Positions 37,788 to 51,722 of a stretch of 64,000 nt of DNA are shown here, piece after piece. The position numbers and the translations under genes are program-made. Position 1 is the first letter of the stretch; each line of letters opens with the position of its first letter. Origin of the DNA: Camelus ferus. Lineage: Eukaryota. The notes beneath the pieces are model-generated. The model was not told where the DNA came from and searched no databases. It saw only the letters and a list, made by a program, of their open reading frames with translations. Location of the stretch: contig NC_045696.1 in NCBI RefSeq assembly GCF_009834535.1, positions 102,798,001 through 102,862,000 on the forward strand. The letters run 5' to 3'.

Positions 37788-39281
37788 CATTACCTTCCTG
37801 ACTTCATCTCCTACAGCTCTCCCTCTGATTCCTACACACCATCCACACTGGCCTCCTAGCTCTTCTTTGAACATGCCAACCACACTCTCATCTTAGGTGT
37901 TTGCCTTTGCCATTCTCTGGAAACTGCCAATGCTCTTTCTGCAGATAAATTCATGGCTTGATCCTTGACTAGCTTTAAATTTTATATCATATATATATGT
38001 CCATCTCTTGTGAGGCCTTCCATAGCCTTCCATCTAAAACTACACTCTCTCACACAAAAACTCCCTGGCCCAAGCTTTATTTGGGCTATAGGCCCTTATC
38101 ACGTGTGATATACTACTTATTTTATTTCTCTTTTTATTTCCTGTATCACCTTACTAGAAAATAAACTCCACAAGGGTAGTTTTGTTCATTTATACTTCAT
38201 TCACTTAGCAGTTAGAACAGCGTCTGGTATACTGAAGGTGTTAGATAAATATTTATTACTCATTTAATCTTATTCATTAAACTGGAGAATAGGTGATACC
38301 TAATAGAAACACAACAAATGTGTAATTCCCTATCCCTTTTCCATTATTTTATTTAAAAATGAGTTTTTTCCCCCCAGAATTCTCACAGGGGCTGTGAGAA
38401 CGGAACAAGGATACCCCACTTCCACAGGGGGTTCAGGCAGAGCTTCCCCGAGGAAGGGGCATTTGAGCCCAGATCTGAAGGATGAATAGGTGTCAGGGCA
38501 GAGAAGATGTGACAAGTGAAATGAACCTGGAGATGAGGGGGAGGCTGGTACGGGGCAGAGAGGAGAAAGCCTGCACCAAGGCAGGGAGGGGACAGATGGG
38601 AAACAGGACAGGCAGGGCCTGGCTGATGGCTGGAGGCAAGGGATTAAAGGCAGATGTTAGGGACTCCTGGGCTTCTGGTTTGCAAGCTAGGAAGGATGGG
38701 ATGCTGAGATACTGCAACCCTCTCCCCAGTGCACAGTCCCCCTTTCATGCTTTCTCTTTTGAGGAGAGGTATTTTGCCTGCCTCACAATTGGTTGTTCAA
38801 TTCCTTATGATACAATAAATTAGAGAAAAAAGTTGTTCATGAAGCTTTAATAATCTCAATTCTAATGATCTCCTAGGAAGTACTGAAATGTGAGATGAGA
38901 GTGTCTTGGTTGTAACAATGACTGAGAATTGCTACTGACGGTGAATACTTAAGGGGCAGAGATGCTCTATATCTTGCAATGCATATAGAGGACCCACAAA
39001 GAACTGTCCTTCCCAAAATGCTAACGGTGCACAAAATGCAAGAGTTCCCCTGTTAAGACAGACTGTAGTCGAGGAGACAATGAATAAATAACTCAGGTCT
39101 ATTAATTATTTAAGATTCTACATGTAAAGATGACCATCAAATGATTCATGGAAAATAAGTATCTCTTATCAAAAGTGAATTTCTTAAAGAAAGTCTGAAG
39201 TTCTATTTCTGTAAGTATGAATTCATACATAACAGGACAGAAAGACGGAAATATATTTACTACAAATTTAAAAGACACTCA

Positions 39282-39470
<189 letters not shown>

Positions 39471-42209
39471 TTACACAGGCATTCATTAAAATTATCAGGA
39501 AAACAAGATATTAAATATTAAATGACCAGGCAACAAAAGGAAGAAGACATACAATCCACATGCTATGCCTTTTATTCCATCTGTGTGAGATATTCCAACA
39601 GTTTTAAAACATCAAAAGTCCAGTTGCCTAACAAGCAGCCATTCTTATCATGCCAGCACCGTGAGTGTCGGATGGTACATTCCTTGAATCTGGACCAGGT
39701 CTGTGGGGGACATTGTTGGTGTAAAGGCAGAGACATGGAGATTTAAGAAAAGGCCTAATTTGCAAGGGATGAAAGGAAAATTCCTTGCTAAAACTGAAAG
39801 GGAAATAAATGCTTTTATTTATAGCTTCTTAAAGTTTACAAATATAAAGCCATTATGACATAAAGCATTTCATTTGATTTTTGCAACCAATTTTAAACTA
39901 ATTCTTAAAGGATAGCATTTCTTCCTCTAGGACTGCCCTAATCTCTTTTGCTAAGGTGATCAATTTTCTTTCATTTTGGGTCTATTATAAGAAAAAAAAT
40001 TATGCATGTAAGTCAAATGAGAGGGTCTAATACTTATATGAGTATCTTTTGTAATTTAGACATGTGTAGTGCATTTAGGAGCTTTATTCAAGCCTAATTT
40101 CATTCTCCCACAATACTCCTTCAAAATCTGGGGAATAGGTACTTTTCATAAATTCTTGGTGTTTAAACTGGCATACAAATCTGGAGAAAAACTTAACATT
40201 ACTCTTTTGACCCAGCAATTTTATCCCTATGAATGTAGCCAATAGGAAGTACACAAAGATGCATGTATATAAAGGATTTAGAACATCCAAAATATTGCTG
40301 TTAAAACAGAATGAAGTACACCTGTATGTGCTGGCACAAAAGGGTGTCTACAAAACATTAAGCAAACAAGCAGGGTGTGGAACAGTATTATAACAGCTAT
40401 TTTTAAAAGGGTAGGTCAGATATATATTGTCATACAGATAAGGTTTAACACACACAGGAAATGTCTGGAAGTTTATGCAAGAAGTCATTAACAGTGTTCA
40501 TCTATGGGACTAAGGGGTGTGGAAGGCAGACTTTCTCACTTCATACTCCTTTGATTTTTCTTTACTATATGCATTAATTACTTTTAAGACACAAAAACTA
40601 GTGTCTAGAAATAATCCTTCCTTGAATGTAAACAGGTCAAATTTATATAATTAATTAAATCCAGCTTCAAAAAAAAATTCCAAATTGCCTCAAGCCTGCC
40701 AACATAACATATGCCAACCATCAATGACACAAAATGGGAGCAGCAGGCAAGTGGCCAAGCCTCTCTTGTCCACTAAAGTGAGCCAGCTAATTAAGTAGAA
40801 GAGATGTGCCAAAATTTTTAGGCACACCTCAAGCTAGTAACCCCAAGCTACTACTTGGCATAGAGAGGTCCTATATGCCTGAATTCTGTGCATTTAACTA
40901 GCATGTGGGGCTTTACAAAGTCTTATGCTTCCCTCACTTGGCCCCCTTGCAAAATTCTGACAGAAGAAAACAGAGAACTTTTACAATCAGAAGGCTCAAA
41001 TGGGTGAGAAAGGGAAGAAATACATTTCTCTCTTAACCAATGATAGCTTTATTGGGTCACTTCGGAAAAGAAATCATTTATTTAGACTGTGAGTGCTCAG
41101 AACAAAGCCGTGTCATACTAGTAGGGAACTTGATAAAATTAGGACAGTAAGGATACAATAATTGCTTTAGACAACTATTGAAAAGACTGGCTTTGAAGAA
41201 AATTTAGACATTATGAGCTTAAAGGTAAATAGAGTTTTCCAAGAGTGATTATGTATGCTATTATAATTTTAATTTTAAAAATTTAGTCCAAAACTAAAAG
41301 CTTTAATTTAACATTACTAAACTTTTAAAGAGTACATGTAATTCAATTTCAGTATCAAGATGAGCAATATTTATTGAGAACACCACAAACTTCATGACTT
41401 AGTTTTTAAAAACACGATATTAGTTCTTGTATAAGATAGAAGAACCAAAATTAGCTACAGTGGGTATTACTCAGGTGAACATTAGCTTGAAGAGCACACT
41501 AATGAAACATTCATGTAAAAGGCAAACATCAAAAGCAGTGAATTAATTTTCATCTGAGAAAGATTATAAGGCTCGTCTCTTTGTAAAAATAATAACCCTG
41601 CTTTTTAAAATATTTATTCACTTAAAACTACCTGGCACTTTTACTTGAGAATATGATGGTAAGAAATGAAGAGATAGGTAATTAAAAAATTAATACTGAA
41701 ATTTACCCAGTAGTTAACACTAGTATACACAGAGAAAAATATTTCCCTAGTAATCAAAAAATGGAAATTACTAAGATAGTATAACAAAAAAAGATAGCAC
41801 TAGATGTTATTAATGTGGTGAACACACAGTATGCTTTTACACTGTGTGACTGAAAATTAACACATCCTTTTGTAAAGGGACAGAAATAACTGAGGCACTA
41901 TAAGAATCCTATCTTTTGATATGTTAATACTACTGAAGACGTATCCTTAGCAAATAAATTAACAGAGGCAAAAGCCTCATACACGGAGTGTTATGTGGAA
42001 CAGTAAAAATATGCTAAATTCCTGATAGAGGTAAAAGCTGATAATCATTAAGGTTCATAGTAAGTGTTAAATTATAAAAGTTGCTGACAGAAAGACAACT
42101 TCTAGTCATTCTCCTTCCAAATCTTTCTTCAGAAAAACCCATAATTATCTTTAGAAAAGTTGTATCTACTCAAGCAATTCATGCTCAAAATGTCCTTTAC
42201 CTGTGTCAA

Positions 42210-42520
42210 AAGAATCAAACTGGACTACTTTCTCATATATTCTACAAAAACCTGAAACCATAAAGCTCCTAGAAGAAAACATAAGCAGAATGCTCTCTGC
42301 TCAGCCTTCGTAATACATGTTTGGATCTGTCTCCATAGGCAAGGGAAACAAAAGAAAAAAAAAAAAGGCACCTACTCAAACTTAAAAGCTTTTACACAGC
42401 AAAGGAAACCATTAACAAAATGAAAAGGCAGCCTACTGAATGGGAGAAGATACTTATTTACAAACAACATACTGATAAGTGGTTAATTTCCAAAATATAC
42501 AAAAAGTTCATACAACTCAA
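42210..42520 (+). mobile_element. L1 ORF2 internal fragment
   Basis: cctgaaaccataaagctcctagaagaaaacata...acagcaaaggaaaccattaacaaaatgaaaaggcagcctactgaatgggagaa. Confidence 0.8.
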
Positions 42521-43449
42521 GTTTCCTGACTCCTTGCAAGCACCAACTCAGTCATGATCCAAAGTACCTTGTATATAATCTTTAAAGCAGCATTTTCATT
42601 TTATACTGGTATTTATGTTTGTCTCTTCCCAGCAGTCTTAAGGACAGGCATAATGTCAGTAAGCTCCTGAGTCTGGCATATCTTGTCAGACTTTACCCCA
42701 ATCTATTTAAACAGTATCTCTGAGGGCAGGACTGAAGAACATAGATTTAGTGTGTTCCCCCACATGATTCTGCAGCCTCTCTAGTTTTGGAATCCCCTAG
42801 TAGACCATATGACTTCTAAGTTTCCCTCTAGCTATTACATTCTATACTTCTTCCAAGAAATATATCCATTCCCAGTATACCGTAAAATCACTCTTTACTC
42901 ATTACAAATGAAAATAATATGCCATTTATGTTACACAGGCCACTAAATTAAATCTAGTAATTATCCAATAAAGACAAATAATTCACTAGGAATAAGGGAT
43001 ACACTCATGTGTCAGATGCTACATTCACTTTCCAAGTTTTCTTATATTATTTTTTAGGTCTGCCAAGGTTACCTCTACTAACTCTAAGGGCATGGAGGAA
43101 TGGATCGAAACGTTTATGTTATATCATGTTGTCAGGTCCTCTGCTCTGTCTCTGATAGACAATGACCCATTTAATCCTCACAACAGCAGACACTGAAACT
43201 GAGATCCACAGAGATGAAATAACAGTAAGCTAAGGAACAAGATTCTGAACCAAACTGTGTGATTCTGTCTTGTCCTTCCTGTCTAATCACCCAACTATCT
43301 TAAAGGCTGTTTAAGTCATCTGAAACACATGGTTAAATGAAGAAGAATTTTAAAAACCTATAAATTATGAACACTTGCCAACATAAACATTGTACAGTAG
43401 AAGTTAATGAGGGAATCCTATTTCTCAAGAAAACTCTGAGATGCAATTT

Positions 43450-43710
43450 GGCACCATGGTTAAGACCATTAGCTCTAGAGCCAAACCCCATGGGTCGGTA
43501 TCCCAGTTCTGCTACTTACCAGCTGTGTGACCTTGTGCAAGTTACTTAATGTCTCTATGCCTCAGTTTCTTCCTCTGTAAAAATGGAAATAAAAGAGTCT
43601 GCCTCTTAGAATGGTTGTGGGGATTAAATGAGGTAATAAATGTAAATAAAGATCTTAGAACAGTACCTGGCACATAGTAAGGACTCAAATGTTCACTGTT
43701 GTTATTACTA
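43450..43710 (+). mobile_element. MIR SINE (further MIRs at ~43875-44090, ~49130-49345, ~55225-55455)
   Basis: Core ctacttaccagctgtgtgaccttg...gcctcagtttcttcctctgtaaaatgg...cctggcacatagta. Confidence 0.85.
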
Positions 43711-45101
43711 TTATCATGATTATTTATAGATTCTGTCTTCATTCTGTCTTTTTTTGTTAAAGTATGTAACGTTACTGATTTATGTCCAACCATGACTCTT
43801 ACATCTGCTGAGGTGGATGAGCTGGCGTCCTTCATAAAAGCAGGGAGAACTACCTTCAAAGTGGAGGATGGCCTCTGGAGTCAGACAGACGCAGTTCAGC
43901 TCTTGACTCTGCCACTTACTAGTTCTGTGAACTATTTCTCTCTCTAAGCCTTAAACCCCCCTGTTTATAAAATGAAAAAAAAAAATTAAAGTGACAAGGT
44001 TTGTGATGAGGGTTAAGTAAATGGAAAATGTTTAGCAGAGTGCCTGGCCCACATGAAATGTTCAGTAAACGTTAGTTGCTTTATGACTATGATAAGCAGC
44101 TACAGCAAAGGCTAGGATATAGCCCTATTTCTCCATCAGCTTTTTCCTTTTCTCAGACCAATCAGTGTTTGTCTCTATCAATTCTATTCTAACCAGTTTT
44201 TCAACATTCATTAAGTAGCTACCATAGCAAGGTAGTGAATAAAGTGCAGATGAGAAAATGAAGATATATTCCCTACCTCAAGGAATTTTTAATTTAGTAG
44301 AAAAAAATAACTTACAATTTAAGACAAGCTAAATTTAAACTGTCCTATAATTAAGGCTAGCTATAGGAATTGCTCATTAGAGGTTCAAAGTATTAAATCC
44401 ATCAAATGGAGATACTCATTCACGTGGGAGTGCAGGAATAGATTTTCTAATGGAGGGGACACTAAAGCATGTGCATGTTCCCTCTCCCTGGAATGTTCTA
44501 CACCCAATCTCCTTTCAACTCATCTTCCAAGGCTTAATTCCAGTGTCATCTCTTCTGGGAGGTCTCCTCTGATACCTTAGACTGAAGTGAGTGCCCTTCC
44601 TCTGAGCTCTCTGTTATACCATTTATCATTCTAAATGCTGTCACTGGCTTGTTCGTTATCCTCAGTGAACTGTGACCTCTTTAAAAAGAGATTGCAACAT
44701 ATTCATTTTAGTATTCCCAGTGTCCAGTACCTATTAGGCACTCACTCAATAAATATTTACTGAATGAACAAATAAAGTTTCAACAAGCAGAGGATATGTC
44801 TGGGACATTTTAAACAGAGTAAAAACAAAAATAACATGGAAGTGGGAAAGCACAGGACCTGCGTGAGATTAGTGACTGGTCTTGGCCAGATAGACAAGTA
44901 TTTCAGGAAGAGACAAGGAGATGAGTGTAACGAGCAATGGCTAGACAGTAAGTAAGGCCAGATTACAGAAGGCCACCTTCCAAAGTCTACCTACAGCATT
45001 TAATGTCACAAACTTAATGAATACAGTCATACAAATGTCAAGTACTAGAATAAAGGATTCAATCACTGCTGAATATAGTACTATTTTATGTATTCCATTA
45101 T

Positions 45102-45231
45102 AGGATAATCCTATGACCTTGATTTGCCTGATTCAGTCCCAGTTTACACCTGTTATTCCCAACTTAGTAATGAACAGCGTCCTTTTCATTCCCCAAAGTG
45201 TCTCTGTTTATATGATAAATTATGGTCATTC
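45102..45231. mobile_element. MER94-like hAT relic
   Basis: cagtcccagtttacacctgtt...aaagtgtc...gataaattatggtca; homologous to 48325-48473. Confidence 0.65.
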
Positions 45232-47700
45232 GAACCAAGGGAGAGATCTGGACCCCTACTACAGGTTATATAACCAGCTAAAATAAAAGTCTGTCAGCTT
45301 CTAAATCTACAAAGGTTTGGAAGAAAAAAAAATTAGTAAATGGAAATAAATTTAACAAACAACTGCAGGAATCACATAAAAACATTATCTGACATAGGTT
45401 ATGTATGTAAAGAAAACAAGTTGCACTTTAGCTAAAGTAGTCCTTATTGCCAATTTTTCTTTTGCATTTCTTTTAGTTTTATATTCACAACTGGATCACT
45501 CTATTTTAATTGAGGTCCATACTTATGATTAACAAAATGAAAAAAAGTATTATAAATCTTCTGCACAAAAATACTCTAGAATTCTTTGTCATTGATATAT
45601 TAATACAAATTTATTAATAAGACTACACTGGAAAACAAATGTCTTTATTTGAGAAAATTTGTAAGCAAAAGCCTGAATCTAGAACTCTACAGATTCTATT
45701 TCAGTATCTATTTTTCATCCTTTTCCTGACTAACTAGACCCTTCATTTCTTAGGGGGCAATATGCTCAATTAAAACTACTCATCTCCTCAAACTTTCTCG
45801 TAGCTACAAATAGCCATGTGACCTAATCCTGGCCAATGAGTTATAAGTGGAAGTATTTGGTAGGACTTAAGGGAAAATGATTGTTCTCTTGATTAAAAAG
45901 AAGAAAGACAGCTGGTCATACTTTCTGTCTTTCCTCCTCTTCCTGCTGGATGCTGACTTGATATAATGGCTTGGAGCAGGGAGCTTGCAACCATGAGAAC
46001 CAGTCACATTCTAACCAAGTTCATACATTTGCAAAACTCATCAAACTATACAGTTAAGATAGGTGAATTTTATTATATGCAAATTATATGTTAATAAAGA
46101 TAATTTTTTAAAAAGCATTTGCTAGACAAGATCATAATATTTAAACATATATTATGACCCACCTGCAGACCATTTTAAAAATAGGAACACAATAAATATT
46201 GTTATCCTGCTGGAGAAGAAAAACACCACAGCTGAAATGACAAATACCCGCTTATGTAGTACTTGCATACATCTATAGTTCTTTGGGGAAGAAATTAAGT
46301 TAGTAAGATCTTACTCAATAGTTCTAAGAAAAACAAACAAATAATTCATTAAAAAAATAATAATATACTCTCTCCTTTTTAACATTTTGTAAAAATCTGT
46401 AAAAAAGTTTCCAGTATAAAAACTTAGTGATACCATCAGTTTTTAGCTTAAAAAACCCACAAAACCCAAAAATCAATGTGCAGTAAAAATACTGTTGACC
46501 CTTGATTAAAATTTATAGAAGATAACAGTGGCAAATGAAATCAAAATAATACTTAGTTGAAATCAGTGCTTCACATATGATGTTCTGGAGAAAAAATAGA
46601 GACTGAGCATATTTCATGAAAAATGGGTATGACGTTAAGTGAAATTAGGTGATGATAGTTTGAATAAGGTTAAACAAGTTTCTTTACTTCTTTCTTGTAG
46701 GCTTTAAAGTGATACTGAGCACTCTGAATTCCCAAAAGGGGTAATGTTGAATGCAGTGTGTCCCAAACTTATTTCAGTCAGAGCATCTCACAGGACTTGG
46801 TTAAGGGACTCATACTTTGGGAAACACTGCTGCAGGATGATAGCACAAGCCAAATCAAACCAGGCTTTTCCTACGTACCTTATTTTCATATCTCTGTTGG
46901 AGAAGGTAATTATGCATTTTACTTAAAATATCTCCTTTAAAAATATAAAAGAGAATCTAAATTGTTAGTAAATTTTGACTTATTGCTTAGATTTTCAGAC
47001 TTACAGGATAACTTAGAGTACTTTGTAGAGCTAATCACCTTGCAGAGTTGATCCCAATTTTCAAAAACAATCAACTACTAAGATCTGTGAGGTACATTCA
47101 ACCAATTAGGAGTCCTTTCTTTAGTGTAAAGAGACTTAGAATTTAGTCCTGGACTCTCAGGCATAATGACCATACTACTCTGAACAAACCACGTCCCATC
47201 TCAAAAGCTCAATTTCCTTAACTGTAAAGAATTATGAAACATAAAGCTGAACTACATAAACTCTATGAAGTTTTTAGCTCTAAATATGCTATTTTTGAAA
47301 TTATTACATTTAATATTTATTAAGCAAAGTGAAAGAGTACTTTTTAAATATAACTTAACATAGTTTCCAAATCACCACAAAGTATGAATTCTGTTTGCAC
47401 ACTTCCCTTAAACTTATTGCTTTAAATTTTAAATGTGAAATTCATTTTTGCAAATTTTTATGTCCCTCCATTGTCTTATGCATAACTATATTTTAAATGT
47501 ATCTATGCCTACGGACTAGGGAGAGAGGGACAATGGACCACAGTTTAATAAAGTCTGAATATCTGAAAGCATAGGATTATCATTCAGCCAGAAGCAAAAG
47601 CAGGTGAACACACTGTGTTAATTCTCAAAAGCGAAGTTTAGCTTTAACACCGTGAGAGAACAATGTCCCAGTGGACAAGTAAAAAGATGTGATAATTCTA

Positions 47701-47877
<177 letters not shown>

Positions 47878-48324
47878 CTATGGTTAGGAAGAAAAAGCCA
47901 AAGGTAAACAGCTCTCTCGATTGAGGAAAATAAAAACAAATATTCTGACTGTTGAAAGAAAACTATTTTTATGTCTCCTTGTGGAGGAACTCCATTTATG
48001 TTTTATGAAGTTCTCTGCTTTTAATAGAAATTGTTTTCACTAAATAAAGGACTTCTACATATGTGAGGCAGTATACGTACTATATATAAAGAGGTTTTCT
48101 CAGAAATTCTTAGGTTTTAAAAAATTACATAATTTTTTATGAATGAAATGTTTGCTAGTTTTTCTCAAATTCCACAACAAAAACTTAAAGAATGTGTGCT
48201 GTCAGTTAATTAGCTATCATATTAAATTAACCTAGCCATTTGACTCAGGATTCTGGAATGAAACTGAGAAGCTCTTCTCCCTTCTAAATATCAAGAAAAA
48301 AAGTGTATTATTATACCCAGACAT

Positions 48325-48473
48325 AGAGTGGCCACATGTTCCAATTGCTTGGGACAGTCCCAGATTACATACCAGTTTTCCTGGCATAATTATTAACAGC
48401 ATCCCCCCCCCACCACCACCACCACTACATTCTCAAAAGTGTCCTGGTTTGGATAATAAATTATGTGGGTACC
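48325..48473. mobile_element. MER94-like hAT relic
   Basis: gggacagtcccagattacat...aaaagtgtcctggtttggataataaattat. Confidence 0.65.
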
Positions 48474-49510
48474 TTGCTTCTAGAACTAAAGAGTCCAGTC
48501 TAAAAAACCAATGACCCTCAACCTCTCTATTGAACCATTTATCTATATATGATCAATTCTTATTTTCTTAATAATTTCACTACTCTGATCATTGAATATA
48601 CCTAACAAACATGTTTTGTACTACTGATCAATCACAGGAATAGAGGTTTTAATAAAGTAAAATGATATAAGATAACCAGTTTGCTTTCTCTATAGTCTAT
48701 AAATTAGTCAAAAACCAGAAAATATTATATAATAGTTCCTTGAACGTGACACCTCAGAATTCTAAACTCAGGTTTAAACAAAGATAGTTAACATAAACTC
48801 CATTACATTTTCTGGGCTTTTATAAATCATTACAAAAGTAAAATTATACGATGTCTATAAGGTTAGATTTTTGTCAGATTTTAAATTTAAAACAACAGGC
48901 ATCAGAAAAAATAATTCAATTTACATCACTTTTTAAGCTGTGGAAGATAACAGTCATGATTTGGAATGTGTAAAATACTATATAATGAGTTCCATTCAGA
49001 TAGACTTTCTCTGGCAAATATAAAGATATCTAACACTAATCAATTTAAGTAACTTTGTGTTCTCATTTTAAGTATATATAGGTTAATGAGGTAAATGAAC
49101 CTAGCTCAGATATAAGGAATCGGCATCTGGTAGAAAGAAAATGCCTAGACAGACCTGGATTTAAATCCAGTCTTGGTTTCTTACTGTGTGGTCTTGGACA
49201 AGTTACTTATTATCTCTGAGCTTCCTTTTCCTTATTTGCAAAATGGGTATAAGGACATCTGTCTCATAGAATCCCTGTGAGAATAAAATGAGATAAAGTA
49301 TAGCAAAGTATCAACCATGGTGCCTGGCATATACAGGTAACCAACATTTAAAGGTTATCAACACCCTTTAAACCATCAGAAAGGGAGGAAACAATGTGCA
49401 CTATTCCCTTGCACAGGGGTAGGTTTAAAATGAAAACACATCAGACACAGATTTGGTCCAATGTAATTCTGAGTTACATAGCTAAGTATCTCGGGTTTTT
49501 CCTAAATTCA

Positions 49511-49735
<225 letters not shown>

Positions 49736-49959
49736 CTAAAAAATACTTTAAAACTCAAAATATTAAATAACATGTCACCTATAGTCTCACGCAGAAGAAA
49801 AAATAACTTCTTAGTAAAACATTCTCAAAATTTGAAAGAAAATAATATTAAGTTTCATATGGCAATATATTTCCCAGAGAGGGATGTTAATAAATGATGT
49901 GAAACATGTACATTAAAACAAATAAACTGATGTTAAACACACCCCCTACAAAGGCTGTT

Positions 49960-51722
49960 ACCGATTCTTTTCTTTTCTCTGTCTACACTCACTCCTATAG
50001 TGAATTTACCCAGTCTAGTCTAATGGCTTTAAATACCACCTATGTGGTAGACTTTCAAATGTTCATCTCTACACTCAATCTGTATTTATATAATAAATAA
50101 TATTTCTAAACCTCTCTCCTAAACTTAACTTGCATAGGTACCTGGCCACTCTACATCTCCAACTGGATGTTCTAACGTGTCCTAATCTCTGCCCCTAAAT
50201 TCACTACACTTGAAGACTTCGACACCTTGGTTGATTGAACTCCATCCTAGTTGCTTACTCTAAATGTCCTTGAATCACCCTTGACTGATATTCTTTTAAA
50301 CCACACATTCAATGCAAAGGCAAATTCTGTTTGCGCTACTTTCAAAACAGAGTTAGTATCTAAACTTTCTCATCACTACATCAACTTCAAGCCCTGAATT
50401 TCTCTGGCCTGGATTACTGAAATAGCTTATCTGGTCTCCCTGCTTCTAACCTGATCTCCTGAAAATCTATCCTCAACAAAGCAATCAAAGTAATCCTTTA
50501 AAATGCAAATGTTAAACTTCTCTCCTCAAAACCTTGTAGTAACTCCCAGAGCAGAAGGGATTAAATGCAAGACAGAACTCCTTCCCCGGGGAACATAACC
50601 TCATGTTATCCTCTATTAAAGTGGTTTCCTTGGAAATGTAGTCTGTTAAGAAAAATATGGAAGGTCAGCTGTATCCAACATTGTTATAAAAACAGCCACC
50701 GACTGGAAAACTGCATCTGTAGTGGGAGGACAATCAGTGGATTCACAGACCCTCAAAATATGTACAACCAGGACTACATCAAAAACATACTGAGAAACCG
50801 GGGCCTCAGCTTCTCTGTGCGGTGTCTCTCTTAATTTGATTAAGTGTGCCTGTACTGGGAGCTACACGCTTAGTCTTTATAAAATACGGTTCCTGACTGA
50901 TCTGAGACTTCTGTAGCTGGGGTAGCGCACACCCGTGAACATGGCCTCATCTCATGCAACTGACTGTGCCCACCATGGGGCTGGGAAACAGCCTGGGTCT
51001 TTTGTGAGAATCACCAGTAAAGATATATTTGAAGCTGTCATGCTGATATGCTCTATTTCCTGTCTAATATCCTTCTAGAAAGCTAAGGAAACGTGGTGCC
51101 AGGTTTCTGCCTATTGCGTCCTGTGAATGTGAATGTCAATGAGAACCTAAGATCACTGCTGCTGACTGTGCAGAGTGGGCACTGCCCTTTCCCTTATATC
51201 TCACTTTACTCAGAGTCCAAATCAAATTCCTCACAGTGGTCTACAAGGCCCTACACCACCTCTCCTCCCAGACCTCCCCTATCAATCCTTCCTTCCGCTA
51301 CTCTAGTCACACTGGCCTCCCTGCTTCCTTGCTCTTTTCTGAACACACAAGACTCCTGCCTTAGAGCCTTTTACATTGGCTCTTCCCTTTGGCTGGAACC
51401 TCCTCACCCAGATATCTGTTTGGCTAACACCCTCACTTCACATCTTTGCTCACCACCTACTCTGATCATCTTGTTTAAAACTGCAAACCCCATGCCCCTA
51501 CTCCCAATCCCCCAACTCTTCTATCTTTCTTTTCCCTTAGTATTCACCCCTTTTAAATAATGGATATAGTTTACTTATTATGTCTACTATTAACTGACTA
51601 TCTTCCTCCCACTTTCCGTAAACTCTTCAAGGGTAAGAATCTTTGTTTTATTAACCAATGTCCTAAATGTCCTAAAGAATGCCCGATACACAGTGGGTGC
51701 TCAAAAAATTTGCTAAATGAAT
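49960..51722 (+). mobile_element. LINE-2 3' part interrupted by a probable LTR (~50550-51185)
   Basis: L2 motifs ctggtctccctgcttcta, ctacaaggccctaca, cacactggcctcc and terminal gtgctcaaaaaatttgctaaatgaat. Confidence 0.75.
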
